Source: a virus (taxonomy: Duplodnaviria; Caudoviricetes). Taken from it: DNA of 57,230 bases. Below are positions 56,497-57,230 of this stretch, in pieces. The stretch lies in IMG/VR virus record IMGVR_UViG_3300025120_012119, positions 1 through 57,230 of that record. One strand, given 5' to 3'. How positions within the stretch are numbered: position 1 is the stretch's first letter; each line of letters starts with the position of its first letter. The notes beneath the pieces are model-generated. The model was not told the DNA's origin. It searched no databases and saw only the letters and a program-made list of their open reading frames with translations. Both the position numbers and the translations under genes were made by a program.

Positions 56497-56525
56497 TTGG
56501 ATATCCTTAAATTAATTCGTATATT
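56497..56525 (+). promoter_or_regulatory. TTGGAT-N17-TATATT promoter
   Basis: TTGGAT at 56497-56502; TCGTATATT ends at 56525; upstream of folE. Confidence 0.7.
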
Positions 56526-56548
56526 AATAATAATAAAAAGTTATAAAA

Positions 56549-57230
56549 ATGGCTAAAAAACAAGACAAAGAAGTTCATGAAAAATTAGAAGTTGTACAAA
56601 AGGGTTTTGCAAATGGAGTTGCAACTAACTTTCCTTTAAATGATAAGCAAAAGGAAGAAATGATAAAAAAAGCTACTAAAGCATATGGAGAATTTTTAAC
56701 TGCATTAGATTGTGATTGGGAAAATGATCCTAATTCAAACGATACACCTAGAAGAGTAGCTAAAGCATATGTAAATGATTTATGGGCAGGTAGATATACT
56801 GCCATGTCACCAATTACATCATTTCCAAGTGATGGTTATGATGGTATTATTATTGAAAGAAATATTCCACTAACATCAATGTGTTCTCACCATCACCAAA
56901 CAATCGGGGGTGTTGTTCATATAGGTTATATAGCTGGAGATGAGGGTCAAGTAATTGGTTTATCTAAATTAAATAGAATAGTCGAATTATTTGGTCGTAG
57001 AGGAGCCATCCAAGAACAATTAACATCAGCTATTCACAATGCTGTAGATAAAATTACTGATGGAAATAGAGGTGTTATAATAACTATAGTTGCAACACAT
57101 AACTGTGTAAGCTGTAGAGGTGTTAAACATGGTGGGGCTTCAATGGTTACTACTAAAGCATCAGGAGTATTTAGACAAAATACTAATTTAGCAAGAAAAG
57201 AATTTTTTGATTCAATTAAAATTAATAATG
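56549..57230 (+). CDS. folE: GTP cyclohydrolase I FolE, 3'-truncated by the window edge (absent from the ORF track)
   Basis: Own translation from ATG 56549: DTPRRVAKAY, SMCSHH, IGLSKLNRIV, IQEQLT, HNCVSCRGV, G.F..RKEF. Confidence 0.93.
   Translation, partial: MAKKQDKEVHEKLEVVQKGFANGVATNFPLNDKQKEEMIKKATKAYGEFLTALDCDWENDPNSNDTPRRVAKAYVNDLWAGRYTAMSPITSFPSDGYDGIIIERNIPLTSMCSHHHQTIGGVVHIGYIAGDEGQVIGLSKLNRIVELFGRRGAIQEQLTSAIHNAVDKITDGNRGVIITIVATHNCVSCRGVKHGGASMVTTKASGVFRQNTNLARKEFFDSIKINN

Noticed and set aside
56575-56805. Minus-strand 76-aa ORF
   Set aside because: Antisense to folE, which the ORF track missed because it runs off the window.
1-57230. Stop-codon reassignment (alternative genetic code)
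   Set aside because: Genes are full length and tightly packed under the standard code; TAA, TAG and TGA all end plausible genes.

Overview
AT-rich, gene-dense segment of a large myovirus-type (contractile-tail, distantly T4-like) bacteriophage genome with every credible gene on the + strand. The host is probably Bacteroidota/Flavobacteriia, inferred from a T9SS sorting domain, A-rich leaders without Shine-Dalgarno sites and an SSB tail ending DDLPF. In order: (1) fibre-like virion genes, including a 2542-aa protein with about 700 in-register Gly-X-Y (Ser/Thr/Ala/Asn) tripeptides; (2) a methyl/glycosyltransferase island ending in an Aah/TibC-type protein O-heptosyltransferase; (3) a tail module with sheath, tube, chaperone carrying a -1 slippery site, tape measure, baseplate and a hub fused to a Cys/His hydrolase; (4) replication and nucleotide genes: atypical short PolA, gp32-like SSB, UvsX/RecA, 5'-3' exonuclease, DnaB-like helicase, nrdB-nrdA; (5) an envelope module with a lipoprotein, small membrane proteins, a Cys-repeat T9SS cargo, a beta-barrel, a Trx-fold protein and an amidase endolysin; (6) a 7-deazaguanine DNA-modification cluster (TGT/DpdA-like, queC, queD, queE, a phosphoribosyltransferase, folE) with riboswitch-like hairpin/pseudoknot elements in front of queC and queE. 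Two recurring promoter-like motifs are visible: TTGG(A/T)T-N17-TATATT and ATATTTATA. No tRNA, rRNA, CRISPR array, intron or intein was recognised. All family assignments come from motif recognition by eye; no database search was run.
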